Notes: a model not told the origin generated them from the sequence alone. Positions 40,490-51,139 are shown, counted from the first letter of the stretch. The stretch: DNA of 64,000 bases from Rhodoplanes serenus (GCA_945893145.1 CAMDDZ010000025.1:196-64195); one strand, 5' to 3'. A program made the numbers and translations.

Positions 40490-40810
40490 ATGATTTCCCG
40501 CATTGTCTTGATCGCAGCATTGCTCTGTCTCGGAGCCGCCACCAACGTTGCACGCGCGGACTGGAGCGCCAGCCAGCGCACGCAATTCATGGAAGATTGT
40601 GTTCCCGCCTGTCAGAAAAATCCCCGAGTGGGAGATTCGTTCAAGAACCGGTGCCGCACGTATTGCCAGTGCTACATCGACGAAGCCGAGGGTGTATTTC
40701 CGGATTACGACGTCCTCGAGAAAGAAGTGACCGACAATCCGGAATCGGCGCTGGTCCGCCGCTTCAAAAACGTCGCGCCGACCTGCAATCGCCGGGTGTT
40801 CAGCAACTGA
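40490..40810 (+). CDS. small secreted Cys-rich hypothetical protein
   Basis: Signal peptide and six Cys in the mature part (C..AC, C...C.C, C). Local GC is lower. Confidence 0.55.
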   Translation: MISRIVLIAALLCLGAATNVARADWSASQRTQFMEDCVPACQKNPRVGDSFKNRCRTYCQCYIDEAEGVFPDYDVLEKEVTDNPESALVRRFKNVAPTCNRRVFSN

Positions 40811-40815
40811 TTGCG

Positions 40816-41793
40816 ATGCACACGCGGCTCGCGGTGTTGATCGCGGTGGCGGGCATTCTGACCATGCCTCCAGCGCAAGCCGCCGAGCCCGTGAATGTGG
40901 TCACGCCGTCGCGCGTGATGTTTTCCATTCCGTTCTGGATCGCCGAGCGTAACGGCTATTTCAGGGACGAGAACATCGCAGCCACGTTGGAGATCGTTCC
41001 GAACGGCCGCGAGATCACGCAGCGCCTGCTGAGCCGCACGGCGCAATTTTCCATCGTCGGCCCGGACGACGTGATGATCGACGCCAGCAAGGGCGGACCG
41101 CTGCGTATCGTTGCCGGTGTGGTGCGAAAGCCGCCGCTGTTCCTCATCGCCAAGCCGTCGATCAAGACATTCGCCGATCTGCGCGGCGCCAACATCGGCG
41201 TGTTGTCGCTGACCGAAGGATCGAGCAAGCTGCTGGCCAGGATGGCCAAGGCGGAAGGGCTCGCACCGGCGGACCTGAAGATCACCGCGGTCGGAGGCGC
41301 GCCGGCGCGCTGGACACTGCTCAAGGACGGCAAGATCGACGCCGGCATGCAGCCGCTGCCGCTCAATCTGGAGGCCGAAGCGGCAGGCTTCAGCAATCTC
41401 GGTTGGGCCGGCACCTACGAACCCGACTGGCAGTTCACCACCATCAACGCCAACGGCGACTGGGCACGCGCCAATCCGAAACTTGCGACCGGCTTCCTGC
41501 GCGCGCTTGTCCGGGCGCAGGCCTTCATCTGGTCCAATCCGGACGAAGCGGCGCAGATCGCGGCCGACGCACTAAAAACGCCTGTCGCGCTGACGGCGCG
41601 CTCGCTGCAGGAGGCCAGCCGGCTCGGCATTCTCGATCCGAAACTCGACTGGTCCGAGATCGGCCTGCAACGCATCTATGAGGGCCAGCAAGCCGACGGC
41701 GCAATCCCGAAGGATCGCGCGTTCGACCTCGGCATGGTCACGGCTGCCGATTATTTGCGCGGTGCGCAGAGTTCGCTCGCCACCACGCGCTAA
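40816..41793 (+). CDS. NMT1/THI5-like (NitT/TauT-type) ABC substrate-binding protein
   Basis: Signal peptide and periplasmic binding-protein-like fold pattern. ATG at 40816. No permease or ATPase is adjacent. Confidence 0.7.
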   Translation: MHTRLAVLIAVAGILTMPPAQAAEPVNVVTPSRVMFSIPFWIAERNGYFRDENIAATLEIVPNGREITQRLLSRTAQFSIVGPDDVMIDASKGGPLRIVAGVVRKPPLFLIAKPSIKTFADLRGANIGVLSLTEGSSKLLARMAKAEGLAPADLKITAVGGAPARWTLLKDGKIDAGMQPLPLNLEAEAAGFSNLGWAGTYEPDWQFTTINANGDWARANPKLATGFLRALVRAQAFIWSNPDEAAQIAADALKTPVALTARSLQEASRLGILDPKLDWSEIGLQRIYEGQQADGAIPKDRAFDLGMVTAADYLRGAQSSLATTR

Positions 41794-41827
41794 CCATTGC
41801 GAGGCGCTGGCGCTCGCTAAATAGAGT

Positions 41828-43045
41828 TTAGGTGCCCGAAGCGTTGAAGCTGCGCGGCGGCGGGCTGATGATCTGGCCACCAGCGGGCGCAACGCGCAAC
41901 ACCGCGAGCCCGCGCTGGTTGGTGCCGTCAGGCCGAAAGCGGAAGACACCATCGATGCCGGCAAAGCCGGACGGGTTGGTCAGCGCCTGATCGGTGAACC
42001 GCTGCTCACCCTGAGTCTTCACCAGCGCAGCCACCAGCGCGACCGAGTCGTACGCGAGCGTCGCGGTGCGCACCGGGTCCTGACCGAACCGGCTGCGATA
42101 GCGCGCCGAGAAGCTCCGGTAGCCGTTGGAGTCGGGTGCCGCATACCAGCCGCCTTGCAGCGCCGGGTCGCTGGCAATGCGCGGGTCTTCCCACAGGCCG
42201 GTGCCGAGAAGCTGCATACGCTGCACGCCGGCGGCCTTGAGCGCCTGCACCACCGAAGGAACTGCATCGGCGCCGTCCGGAATGAAAATCGCATCCGCGC
42301 TGCGTGCCGCGGCCGCGACCTGACGCGCCGGCTCCGCCATGCCGGCAGCATCAAGCGGATAGCGCTGCAGCGCCACGATGCGCGCGCCCTTTCGCGCCAC
42401 AGCCTGCTTGAACGCCGCCTCCACCACGGTGCCATAGGCATTGTCCGGCAGCAGCGCCGCGAACGAACGCTTGCCAGTCGCCACCGCGTAATCGACGATG
42501 CGATCGACATCGGACTCCGGCAGGAAGCTCAGCAGATAAACGCCGCGCGCCGCGACGTTGGCGTCGGTCGAGAACGCGATCACTGGGATATTGCGTGCTC
42601 GCGCCGCGGCGCCGACCACCCCGACCGAATGCGCGAACAGCGGCCCAAGGATGATCTCAGCGCCTTCGTTAATCGCCTGCTGGACCGCGAGCTGCGCGCC
42701 CGGCGCGCTGCCGCCGTCATCCTTCACCAAAAGCTGGATGTTCGGGCTGTTGAACTCAGCGAGCGCAAGCTCGGCGGCGTTCTTCATCGATTGCGCAGCG
42801 ACGCCGGCGTTGCCGGTCGCCGAAAGCGGCAGGATCAGGCCGACTTTGATCTGGCCGCTGCCGATCGTCGGCCCTTGCGGCTGCTCAGCCGCTGGCGGCG
42901 ACTGGTTATTGAAAGCGTCCGGTGTGGAGGAGCAAGCCGCCAGCAACGCAAAGGCGCCGCCCACCAAGGCGCCGGCCAGCAAGGCGCGACGCCAAGCGCG
43001 CGGCGCGCGCCTGGACGACAGGTCGGCGTGCTGGTGCCGGAACAT
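41828..43045 (-). CDS. LpoA-like penicillin-binding protein activator / LivK-type periplasmic binding-fold lipoprotein
   Basis: Lipobox LLAAC|SS and type-I PBP fold blocks. Divergent from rsmI and followed by yraN, as in the E. coli lpoA-rsmI-yraN neighbourhood. Confidence 0.7.
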   Translation of the reverse strand: MFRHQHADLSSRRAPRAWRRALLAGALVGGAFALLAACSSTPDAFNNQSPPAAEQPQGPTIGSGQIKVGLILPLSATGNAGVAAQSMKNAAELALAEFNSPNIQLLVKDDGGSAPGAQLAVQQAINEGAEIILGPLFAHSVGVVGAAARARNIPVIAFSTDANVAARGVYLLSFLPESDVDRIVDYAVATGKRSFAALLPDNAYGTVVEAAFKQAVARKGARIVALQRYPLDAAGMAEPARQVAAAARSADAIFIPDGADAVPSVVQALKAAGVQRMQLLGTGLWEDPRIASDPALQGGWYAAPDSNGYRSFSARYRSRFGQDPVRTATLAYDSVALVAALVKTQGEQRFTDQALTNPSGFAGIDGVFRFRPDGTNQRGLAVLRVAPAGGQIISPPPRSFNASGT

Positions 43046-43201
43046 GGACGGGGCCGGTCTCCTCGCCAACGGTGCCGATCGATGACGTCAGTTCACTGTG
43101 CCAAAAGGGCATATTGGCGACGAATGGTTAACCAAATGGAAAGGATAATGAATCCTCCCCCGCCCCATGACGACTCAACTGCCCGAAGCTAGATTAACCC
43201 G

Positions 43202-44119
43202 ATGCGGGAGGATCGTCGAAGGGTCTATGCGGTCGCCGGCCAGACGGTCGAAGCCCCCAAACTCGCGGCGGGCTTGCATTTGGTCGCGACCCCGATCGGC
43301 AACCTGCGCGACATATCGCTGCGGGCGCTCGAGACCCTCGCCGCCGCCGACCTGATCGCCTGCGAGGACACCCGCATCACCCGCCGGCTGCTGGACCACT
43401 ACGGCATTGCGACGCCCATGACGCCCTATCACGAGCATAACGCCGCGGCAGCGCGGCCAAAGCTCTTAGAGCGGCTCGCGGATGGCGCATCCGTCGCCCT
43501 CGTTTCGGACGCCGGCACGCCGCTGATTTCCGACACCGGCTTCAAGCTGGTGCGCGCCGCTCGCGACGCCGGCCGCAATGTGACGGCGCTCCCCGGCGCG
43601 TCGGCGGTGCTGGCCGCGCTGACGATTGTTGGCCTGCCGACCGACCGGTTTTTCTTTGAAGGCTTCCTGCCCGTCAAGGCGGGCCAACGGCACACGCGCA
43701 TCGGCGAAATCGCCCGTATCCCGGCAACGCTGGTCCTCTACGAGACCGGACCTCGGCTCGCCCGCACGCTGGCGGATCTGACCGAAGTGCTTGGACCCCG
43801 CGCCGCCGCGATCTGTCGCGAGCTCACCAAGCTGCACGAAGAGGTGCGCCGCGGCGACCTCGCGGCGTTGGCGCAAGTCTATGCGGAGGATAGCGCGGAG
43901 ACGCGCGGCGAGATCGTCATCGTGATCTCGCCACCGAATGCCGAGGCGGACCAACCGGACGGCAACGACATCGACGCACTTCTTCGCCGCGCGCTCGCGC
44001 GCGTTTCAGTGAAGGATGCGGTGAGCGAAGTCGCGGGCGCCACCGGCCGGCCACGCCGGGAGATTTATCAGCGCGCACTGGCGCTCGCCGAGGAGGCGCC
44101 CGATGGCGCGGCGCGCTGA
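43202..44119 (+). CDS. rsmI: 16S rRNA (cytidine1402-2'-O)-methyltransferase
   Basis: [22 protein letters not shown]...CEDTR tetrapyrrole-methylase-fold signature. Confidence 0.9.
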   Translation: MREDRRRVYAVAGQTVEAPKLAAGLHLVATPIGNLRDISLRALETLAAADLIACEDTRITRRLLDHYGIATPMTPYHEHNAAAARPKLLERLADGASVALVSDAGTPLISDTGFKLVRAARDAGRNVTALPGASAVLAALTIVGLPTDRFFFEGFLPVKAGQRHTRIGEIARIPATLVLYETGPRLARTLADLTEVLGPRAAAICRELTKLHEEVRRGDLAALAQVYAEDSAETRGEIVIVISPPNAEADQPDGNDIDALLRRALARVSVKDAVSEVAGATGRPRREIYQRALALAEEAPDGAAR

Positions 44120-44492
44120 CCAGCCACCGCCACGGCCGGAGCGCGTCGCGGCGTTCCGCGTCGGGCTTTCAGCCGAAAGCCGCGCCGCCGCCTATCTGAT
44201 CGCCAAGGGCTATCGCATTGTGGCGCGGCGCTTCCGCACGCCGGTTGGCGAGATCGATATCGTGGCGCGCCGGAGAGACGTGTTGGTGTTCGCCGAGGTC
44301 AAGGCGCGGGCGCGGCTCGACGATGCGGCCGAGGCGGTCACCGAGCGCGGCAAGCGCCGGATTGTGGCCGCCGCCGAGGCGTGGCTCGCGGCGCATCCGG
44401 ATGACGTGAACAGCAACATCCGCTTCGACGCGGTGCTGGTCGCGCCCGGCCGCATTCCGCGGCACATCCCGGCGGCGTTCGAGACGAATTAG
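44103..44492 (+). CDS. yraN: YraN-family (UPF0102) endonuclease-like protein
   Basis: GEIDIVARR....VFAEVKAR motif. Overlaps the rsmI end by 17 nt. Confidence 0.85.
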   Translation: MARRADQPPPRPERVAAFRVGLSAESRAAAYLIAKGYRIVARRFRTPVGEIDIVARRRDVLVFAEVKARARLDDAAEAVTERGKRRIVAAAEAWLAAHPDDVNSNIRFDAVLVAPGRIPRHIPAAFETN

Positions 44493-44494
44493 CC

Positions 44495-44700
44495 GCCAAC
44501 TCGAAGACAATTCCGCCCTCATCCTGAGGAACGATCCAAAGGATCGCGTCTCGAAGGATGGGGCGGCCCGCCGATCTCGGGCTTGCCCGAGATCGGAAAT
44601 GTTTAGTGCGCAAATCGGGTAAACTCGACTTGCGACGTTCGAGACGCGCAGCTTCGCTGCGCTCCTCACCATGAGGCCGAGTGAGGTTCTGCTTGTGGGA
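44495..44700. repeat. cluster of GC-rich REP-like hairpins between convergent yraN and MCP genes
   Basis: CCGCCCTCATCC...GGATGGGGCGG; CCGATCTCGGGC-tt-GCCCGAGATCGG (12 bp); GCGCAGC-ttc-GCTGCGC; CCTCAC...GTGAGG. Confidence 0.7.
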
Positions 44701-44703
44701 GAT

Positions 44704-46386
44704 CTACGCCGCTTTCAGGCGCTCGAAGAACGCGTCAACCTGGGCACGAATGCGGTCCGCGACCGCACCGAGTTCATCGGCCACCGACTTCACCATGGTG
44801 ACACTCGAGCGCGTGTTGTCGGTCGCTTCGCCGACGCGGTTGACCTCCTGCGCGGTCTCGACCGTGCGCCGCGCCGCGATTTCAACGCTGCGCGCGATCT
44901 CCTGGGTGGCTGCGCCCTGCTGGGTCACGGCCGCCGCGATGGCGCCGCTGATCGAACCAATGTCGCGGATGGTGCGCTCGATTGCGCCGATCGCGTTGAT
45001 CGACTGCGCGGTGGCGTGCTGCATGCCAGCGATCTGAGCCGCGATGTCTTCGGTGGCCTTGGCGGTCTGCCCGGCCAGCGCCTTCACTTCGCCCGCCACC
45101 ACAGCAAAGCCGCGACCGGCGTCGCCCGCGCGAGCAGCCTCGATTGTGGCGTTGAGGGCGAGCAGATTGGTCTGCTCCGCGATATCGGTAATCAGACGGA
45201 CCACATCGCCGATGCGGCGCGCCGCTTCGTCGAGCTCCTTCACGGAGGCGTTGGTGCGCTCGGCCTCGCCCACCGCCTTCTCGGCAATGGAGTTGGACTG
45301 CGCAACCTGGCGGTCGATCTCCATGACCGAGGCGGCCAGCTCATCCGCCGCCGATGCGATGTCCCGCACATTGCTGGAGGCTTCGGAGGACGCCGACGTG
45401 GCGCCTGCGGTGCGGCGCGTGGCGCGATCAGCCGCTTCCGACAATTGCGACGAGGCCGTCATCATCTGCTCGCTGATCGCGCCGAGCTGGGCGATGCTGG
45501 CCTCCACGTCGGCGGAGAAGCGGGTGATCTCGGTCGAAACCTGCTCCTGCCGGCGGGAACGCGCCTCGGCGTCCTGCACGACGGTACGATTGAGGTCCTT
45601 GTTGTGATGCATGGCGTGCTGGAATACCGCGATGGAGCGCGCCAGTCCGCCGACCTCGTCGCGCCGCGACCCGTAGGGAATCATCACCGACTTGCCTTCG
45701 GCGACCTCCTCGGTCACGCGCGTGATTTCCGCCAACGGCCGCGCCACCGCGCGCCAGATCAGAAATGCACCCGCGCCTGCGAGCAGCACGACGCAGGCTC
45801 CCATCAGCGACATCACCCAAGCAGTGGTCTCGATCAGGCGATCGATCGCCTCATACGCATAGTTGGCACGATGCGCGTAGAGCTGGCCAAAGATGGCGAG
45901 CCCGTCGATCACGGTGTCACGCGCGCCGCGGTTGGCGCCGGTGTCGGCCCACTCGCGCGCGGCCTGCGGGGTCTGGTCGGGCACTCGGCGCGCCAGCTCG
46001 CGATGCAGGTCCTGATAGGCCTTGATGCGGTCGGCCAGCGGCTGAAAACGCGCTTGGTCGTCTTGTCCGACCATCGCTTGCCAGTGGCCAAAAACGAGGT
46101 TCAGCCGATCGGTGAGACGGGCAACGCCAGTCGCCGCGCCACGCGCCGCCACTGTGTCGGGCGCAAGAAAAATCCCGCGCGCTTCCGCCTCGATGGCATA
46201 GATCAGGCCATTGACCTGCTCGACATATTTCACGCCCCGGGACGCGGCCTCGAACTCGGACGTCAACGCGGCGTGCCGCCGCGCGCTGACGACCGCGACC
46301 AGCGCCAGAATCACGGCACCGGTGGCGAGCAACGCGAAGATCGCGTAAAGCTTGGCCGCAATGGAGAATTTCGGCAAATTAACCAT
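44704..46386 (-). CDS. methyl-accepting chemotaxis protein
   Basis: Two TM helices flank a periplasmic domain, followed by HAMP and the highly conserved signalling hairpin ([37 protein letters not shown]). Confidence 0.9.
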   Translation of the reverse strand: MVNLPKFSIAAKLYAIFALLATGAVILALVAVVSARRHAALTSEFEAASRGVKYVEQVNGLIYAIEAEARGIFLAPDTVAARGAATGVARLTDRLNLVFGHWQAMVGQDDQARFQPLADRIKAYQDLHRELARRVPDQTPQAAREWADTGANRGARDTVIDGLAIFGQLYAHRANYAYEAIDRLIETTAWVMSLMGACVVLLAGAGAFLIWRAVARPLAEITRVTEEVAEGKSVMIPYGSRRDEVGGLARSIAVFQHAMHHNKDLNRTVVQDAEARSRRQEQVSTEITRFSADVEASIAQLGAISEQMMTASSQLSEAADRATRRTAGATSASSEASSNVRDIASAADELAASVMEIDRQVAQSNSIAEKAVGEAERTNASVKELDEAARRIGDVVRLITDIAEQTNLLALNATIEAARAGDAGRGFAVVAGEVKALAGQTAKATEDIAAQIAGMQHATAQSINAIGAIERTIRDIGSISGAIAAAVTQQGAATQEIARSVEIAARRTVETAQEVNRVGEATDNTRSSVTMVKSVADELGAVADRIRAQVDAFFERLKAA

Positions 46387-46475
46387 TCGAATCCTTGCAA
46401 CGGGCCTGGGCGGCACATTGGCGGTAAGATGTTAACCACTCGTTTTCAGTTCCCGCTCGCCCCCCGAGAAATTGC

Positions 46476-47420
46476 ATGGCTCTGAACGTCGCGGTGCAGA
46501 TGGACCCGATCGAGCGGATCAACATCCGCGGCGATTCGACCTTTGCGCTACTCCTGGAGGCGCAGCGGCGCGGCCACACGCTGAGCTATTACACGACCGA
46601 CCGGCTCGCGATGGCACAGGGCCGCGTGTTCACGACCGCACAATCGCTGTCGGTGCGCGATGAACCCGGCAATCACTTCACGCTCGGCGATGGCAAGCGC
46701 GTCGACGTCGGCTCGTTCGACGTGGTGTTGCTGCGGCAGGACCCGCCGTTCGACCTTGCCTATATTTCAAGCACGCATTTCCTGGAGCGCGTCCACCCGA
46801 AGACGCTGGTGGTCAACGATCCAGCGTCCGTGCGCAACGCACCGGAAAAGATGTTCGTCACCGAATTCCCGCAGCTGATGCCGCCGACGCTGATGACGCG
46901 CGACCTGGCTGAGATCAAAGCCTTCCGCGCCGAGCACAGCGACATCGTCATGAAGCCGCTCTACGGCCACGGCGGCGGCGCGGTGTTCCGGCTGACCAAG
47001 GACGATCTCAACTTCGGCTCGCTCTACGACATGTTCGCGGCGACATTCCGCGAGCCCTGGGTGATTCAGAAATTCCTTCCCGAGGTGAGGAACGGCGACA
47101 AGCGCATCCTGCTGGTCGAGGGCGAGTTCGCCGGCGCGGTCAACCGCATCCCAGCGCCGGACGATCTGCGCTCCAATATGGTGCGCGGCGGCTCGCCCAA
47201 GGAAACCGAGCTCACCGCGGCTGAGCGTGAGATTTGCAAAACGATCGGCCCGAGCTTGCGCGAGCGCGGGCTGATTTTCGTCGGCATCGACGTGATCGGC
47301 GGCCTGCTGACCGAGATCAACGTCACATCGCCGACCGGCATTCGCGCGGTGAAAAATCTTGGCGGCCCAGATGTGGCGGCGCTGGTGTGGGACAAGATTG
47401 AGAGCAAGCGGGCCCGCTAG
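46476..47420 (+). CDS. gshB: glutathione synthetase
   Basis: ATP-grasp GshB blocks ([10 protein letters not shown]...LLRQDPPFD...[10 protein letters not shown]). Confidence 0.93.
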   Translation: MALNVAVQMDPIERINIRGDSTFALLLEAQRRGHTLSYYTTDRLAMAQGRVFTTAQSLSVRDEPGNHFTLGDGKRVDVGSFDVVLLRQDPPFDLAYISSTHFLERVHPKTLVVNDPASVRNAPEKMFVTEFPQLMPPTLMTRDLAEIKAFRAEHSDIVMKPLYGHGGGAVFRLTKDDLNFGSLYDMFAATFREPWVIQKFLPEVRNGDKRILLVEGEFAGAVNRIPAPDDLRSNMVRGGSPKETELTAAEREICKTIGPSLRERGLIFVGIDVIGGLLTEINVTSPTGIRAVKNLGGPDVAALVWDKIESKRAR

Positions 47421-48250
47421 AATCCCGCCACCTGCTCCAACGTCCTGCTGACCTGCGTCGCGGGTTTGCGCGTGCCCGCAATTTCCTTGGCGAACTCTGG
47501 CCGCGCCAAGAGCTTTTCCTTCCAGGCAAAGACACGCGGATGCAGCCGCTCCAACGGATAGCCCGCGAGCGAAAGCCGGAACGCATAGATGAACCAGGCG
47601 ATATCGAGCACGCTGAGAGCATCGCCCATCAGATAAGGCTGGGCGGCAAGCCGCTTGTCGAGCGCATCGAACTCGGAGCAGAATTTCTGCGCCGAAGCGC
47701 GCGCCCGCTCGTCGGTGAAGCCCTCCCGTGCGGCGCGCTGCCAGAACTCGATCTGAATGTCCTTGTCGCGGTCTTTGAGCCCCTGAACGGTGCCTGAGCC
47801 GCTTTCGGCGTAGCTCTTGAGCGCGGCTTGCGGCTTCGGCGGACCGGGCGGTGCGAACACAAAGCGAAAGCTCAGCGTGCGCAGATCGAGATGCAAATCG
47901 TCCTCGTGCCGCAGCAGCGCCGCGACCTCATTCTCATGCCCGGCCGGAATGAGCCGCGGCTCCGGAAATGTCTTTTCCAGATATTGGATGATGTCGTTGC
48001 TTTCGATGTGCACCGCGCCGTCGTGCACCAGAACCGGCACCAGCCCGCGCGGATTGATGCCGAGGAACCACGGCTGGAAGTTCTGATGCGCCGGCAAGTC
48101 GATGAGATGCGACTCCCAAGGAATGCCCTTGAGATTGAGGAAGATGCGGAGCTTCTGTGAGCACGACGAGCCGGCAAAGTGCAGCACGTGCACGCCCTTC
48201 CAGCCGAGCACTTCGCGGGTCTTAATGTCGCTGTCGATGAGTTGAACCAT
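47417..48250 (-). CDS. glutathione S-transferase family protein
   Basis: Thioredoxin-like N-domain with [11 protein letters not shown] and a GST C-domain. Convergent with gshB; the stops overlap. Confidence 0.75.
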   Translation of the reverse strand: MVQLIDSDIKTREVLGWKGVHVLHFAGSSCSQKLRIFLNLKGIPWESHLIDLPAHQNFQPWFLGINPRGLVPVLVHDGAVHIESNDIIQYLEKTFPEPRLIPAGHENEVAALLRHEDDLHLDLRTLSFRFVFAPPGPPKPQAALKSYAESGSGTVQGLKDRDKDIQIEFWQRAAREGFTDERARASAQKFCSEFDALDKRLAAQPYLMGDALSVLDIAWFIYAFRLSLAGYPLERLHPRVFAWKEKLLARPEFAKEIAGTRKPATQVSRTLEQVAGF

Positions 48251-48259
48251 ATTGTCCCC

Positions 48260-49204
48260 TCAACGCTGTGAGGCGCGCTCGAGCGCCACGCGATCCCACT
48301 TGCCGAGATTGGCGGCCGCCTCATATGTGCTTTGCAGGAATGCGAGCACATCCTCGTCCGGCGACGCGGATTTCTGAACCGCGTCGTAGGGCAGGATGAA
48401 TTGCCCAAGGTCCTTGTCGTAATACGCCGCCGCCGGACGTAGCGGCGCGCCGCCAAATCCGTCCGGCTCCGGATAGGCGTAAGCGTAAAACGCCGCGCGG
48501 CCGAACCCGCCATTGCCCGGCCAGAAGCCCACGCTCGACACCTCGTGCGAATAGGCCTCCTGCATCACCCAGGCACCGACGTTGGGCGCACCGCGCGTCA
48601 TTGGCGGCGCGGTGCGGCCGGAAAAGCGCGTGACGGCAAGATCGAAGCTGCCCCAGAAAAAATGCACCGGACTGTTCTTGCCAAGGAAGCGCGCGCGAAA
48701 AATGTTCATTACGCGGTCGGCCTGCACGAGCTGCCGCCAGAACCGCTGTGCCGCGCCGGCATCGTAGGAGGCATGCGTGCGATCCTGCTCGAACGGAATG
48801 GCGCCCTCGATCTCGACCGGCATGGTCCAGATGTGGACGTCAATGCCGAGATCGCGCAGCCGCGCCATCACGTCAGCGTGGAAGTTAGCGACGGTGCGAG
48901 GGGCGAGGGCTACGGTCGCCGCCGCGCCGTCGCTGCAGCGCAGCTTTAACTGGTGATCGACGAAATCGAATTCGATTTGCAGGAGCCGGTCGCCGTAGGA
49001 CATCGGCACCGTGGCGAGGCCGCGCGAGGTGACGCGCAGCGTTACGCCCCACCAGTGGTTCACCCGCGGCACCAGCGCGAGCTGGATTTTCCCGACCACC
49101 TGGGTCCACAGGTGCAAGGTCGCGCAGGTGTCCGCCCATTCCTTGTAGGCGAGCGCGGGCCAGGCGTCGCGTGCAACGGTCGCCGAAGGGCTCGCAGGCG
49201 GCAT
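48260..49204 (-). CDS. DUF5996 family protein
   Basis: YKEWADTCATLHLWTQVVGKIQLAL...NHWWGVTL conserved N-terminal signature. Confidence 0.65.
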   Translation of the reverse strand: MPPASPSATVARDAWPALAYKEWADTCATLHLWTQVVGKIQLALVPRVNHWWGVTLRVTSRGLATVPMSYGDRLLQIEFDFVDHQLKLRCSDGAAATVALAPRTVANFHADVMARLRDLGIDVHIWTMPVEIEGAIPFEQDRTHASYDAGAAQRFWRQLVQADRVMNIFRARFLGKNSPVHFFWGSFDLAVTRFSGRTAPPMTRGAPNVGAWVMQEAYSHEVSSVGFWPGNGGFGRAAFYAYAYPEPDGFGGAPLRPAAAYYDKDLGQFILPYDAVQKSASPDEDVLAFLQSTYEAAANLGKWDRVALERASQR

Positions 49205-49292
49205 GGCAGGCTCCGGTGACTAAGAGCCCAGCCTAGCAGCCTCCGCGCGACCAGCGGCACGCGACACGCTTGAGGCGGCATGTTTGGCGGCG

Positions 49293-49472
49293 TCAGTTCC
49301 CGATGCCCATCGCTTCCAGGCCATCGACAAACACACAGAGCCGCCCGCGCCCGGGCTCGAAGTGCTGCACCTGCCAGATCAGATCCTCGACGTCCTGCGT
49401 GGCTGCCTGCACCTCGATTCGGGCCAGGCGGGCGTGGTGGAGTTCGTTTTCGAGGGCCATTCGGTCGATCAT
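49293..49472 (-). CDS. small hypothetical protein (59 aa), absent from the supplied ORF track
   Basis: GGAGGCATCC-ATG start. Translation MIDRMALENELHHARLARIEVQAATQDVEDLIWQVQHFEPGRGRLCVFVDGLEAMGIGN. Strongly G/C-ending codons like the neighbouring genes. Lies upstream of DUF5996 on the same strand. Confidence 0.5.
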   Translation of the reverse strand: MIDRMALENELHHARLARIEVQAATQDVEDLIWQVQHFEPGRGRLCVFVDGLEAMGIGN

Positions 49473-49531
49473 GGATGCCTCCGGGGGTTGTTTTGCGGGA
49501 AATGGCAGCTGTACTGTATTTGAGTCGTTTT

Positions 49532-49546
49532 GTTCTGCAAATGTTC
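49532..49546. promoter_or_regulatory. alphaproteobacterial LexA (SOS) box GTTC-N7-GTTC
   Basis: GTTCTGCAAATGTTC lies 55 bp upstream of the comM ATG and 60 bp upstream of the divergent small ORF. Confidence 0.7.
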
Positions 49547-49600
49547 TTGCAGGCCAAAAACACGTTTTGCTACTGTGGCGTGCGGATTTAGGGGACGGCG

Positions 49601-51139
49601 ATGGTGCAGCGAGTCAGCACGGTGGCGTTCGAGGGCATCGAGGCCCGCGCCGTGGACGTGCAGGTGCAGGTCGCGCCCGGCCTGCCTGCCTTCAACATCG
49701 TGGGTCTGCCGGATAAAGCAGTCTCGGAGGCCAGGGAGCGCGTGCGCGCGGCGCTGGTCGCCTCTGGCCTCGCGCTGCCGGCGCGCCGCATCACCATCAA
49801 TCTTGCGCCCGCCGATCTGCCGAAAGAAGGCAGCCACTACGATCTGCCGATCGCGCTTGGCCTGATGGCGGCGATTGGCGCGGTGCCGCACGACGCGTTG
49901 TCCGGATTTACCGTGCTGGGTGAACTCGGTCTCGACGGCTCGATCGCTGCCGTCGCTGGTGTGTTACCGGCCGCGATTGGCGCGAACTCCAGGAGCGAGG
50001 GCTTGATCTGTCCGGCCGCGTGCGGATCGGAGGCCGCATGGGCGAGCCCCGAGATGGAGATCATCGCGCCGTCCTCGCTCATTCAGCTGGCCAACCATTT
50101 CAAAGGCACGCAGGTGCTGACGCGTCCCAAGCCCGGCGTGCGCAGCGAAGCCCCCGGCGCGGCGCTCGACCTCGCCGACATCAAGGGCCAGGAGAGCGGC
50201 AAGCGCGCGCTCGAAGTCGCAGCCGCTGGCGGACACAACCTGCTGATGATCGGGCCGCCCGGCTCGGGCAAGTCGATGTTGGCGGCGCGGCTGCCGACTA
50301 TTTTGCCGGCGCTCGCGCCCGCCGAATTGCTGGAAGTGTCGATGATCGCCTCGGTCGCGGGCGAGATTTCCAATGGCGCGCTCACCGACCGGCGGCCGTT
50401 CCGCGCGCCGCATCACTCCGCCTCGATGCCGGCTCTGGTCGGCGGCGGTTTGCGCGCACGGCCCGGAGAGGTGTCCCTCGCCCATCATGGCGTGCTGTTC
50501 CTCGACGAATTCGCTGAGTTCGATCCTCGCGCGCTCGATGCGCTGCGCCAGCCGCTCGAAACCGGCGAGGTCGCCATCGCGCGCGCCAACCATCGCGTCA
50601 CCTATCCGGCGCGCTTCATGCTGGTTGCCGCGATGAATCCGTGCCGCTGCGGGCGCGCCAGCGATCCGGGATTCTCCTGCCGGCGTGGGCCGACCACGCG
50701 CTGCACCGCCGATTACCAGGGGCGGCTGTCCGGGCCGCTGCTCGACCGCATCGATCTCAATATCGAAGTGCCGGCGGTGAGCGCCGCCGACCTGATCCTG
50801 CCGCCGCCAGCCGAAGGCAGCCGCGAGGTCGCGGCCCGCGTGGCGCGGGCACGCGCGTTACAGGCCGAGCGCTATGCCGCGTTTGCTGTGCCGGCGCTCA
50901 CCAACGCCGCGGTTCCGGCCGCCGTGCTGGAGGAGGTGGCGCGGCCCGACAAGGCAGGCCTCGCGCTGCTGCGCGATGCCGCCGATGCCATGCGGCTCTC
51001 GGCACGTGGCTATCATCGTGTGCTGCGCGTGGCGCGCACGCTCGCCGACCTTGACGGCGCCGACAACATCGGCCGCGTGCATCTGGCGGAAGCGCTGAGT
51101 TATCGCGCGCTGACCGATGAGGTGCGGCGCGCGGCGTGA
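49601..51139 (+). CDS. comM: YifB/ComM-family Mg-chelatase-like AAA+ ATPase
   Basis: Lon-protease-like N-domain, Walker A GPPGSGKSM, GVLFLDEF Walker B and a C-terminal domain. Confidence 0.92.
   Translation: MVQRVSTVAFEGIEARAVDVQVQVAPGLPAFNIVGLPDKAVSEARERVRAALVASGLALPARRITINLAPADLPKEGSHYDLPIALGLMAAIGAVPHDALSGFTVLGELGLDGSIAAVAGVLPAAIGANSRSEGLICPAACGSEAAWASPEMEIIAPSSLIQLANHFKGTQVLTRPKPGVRSEAPGAALDLADIKGQESGKRALEVAAAGGHNLLMIGPPGSGKSMLAARLPTILPALAPAELLEVSMIASVAGEISNGALTDRRPFRAPHHSASMPALVGGGLRARPGEVSLAHHGVLFLDEFAEFDPRALDALRQPLETGEVAIARANHRVTYPARFMLVAAMNPCRCGRASDPGFSCRRGPTTRCTADYQGRLSGPLLDRIDLNIEVPAVSAADLILPPPAEGSREVAARVARARALQAERYAAFAVPALTNAAVPAAVLEEVARPDKAGLALLRDAADAMRLSARGYHRVLRVARTLADLDGADNIGRVHLAEALSYRALTDEVRRAA

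Noticed and set aside
44671-46485. 604-aa plus-strand ORF
   Set aside because: It is antisense to the MCP gene, whose signalling-domain motif is unambiguous on the minus strand.
49270-49716. Plus-strand ORFs of 79-148 aa in the DUF5996-comM spacer
   Set aside because: They have Arg/Pro-rich shadow composition, and some run through the LexA box and into comM. The minus-strand 59-aa ORF with a GGAGG RBS explains the region better.
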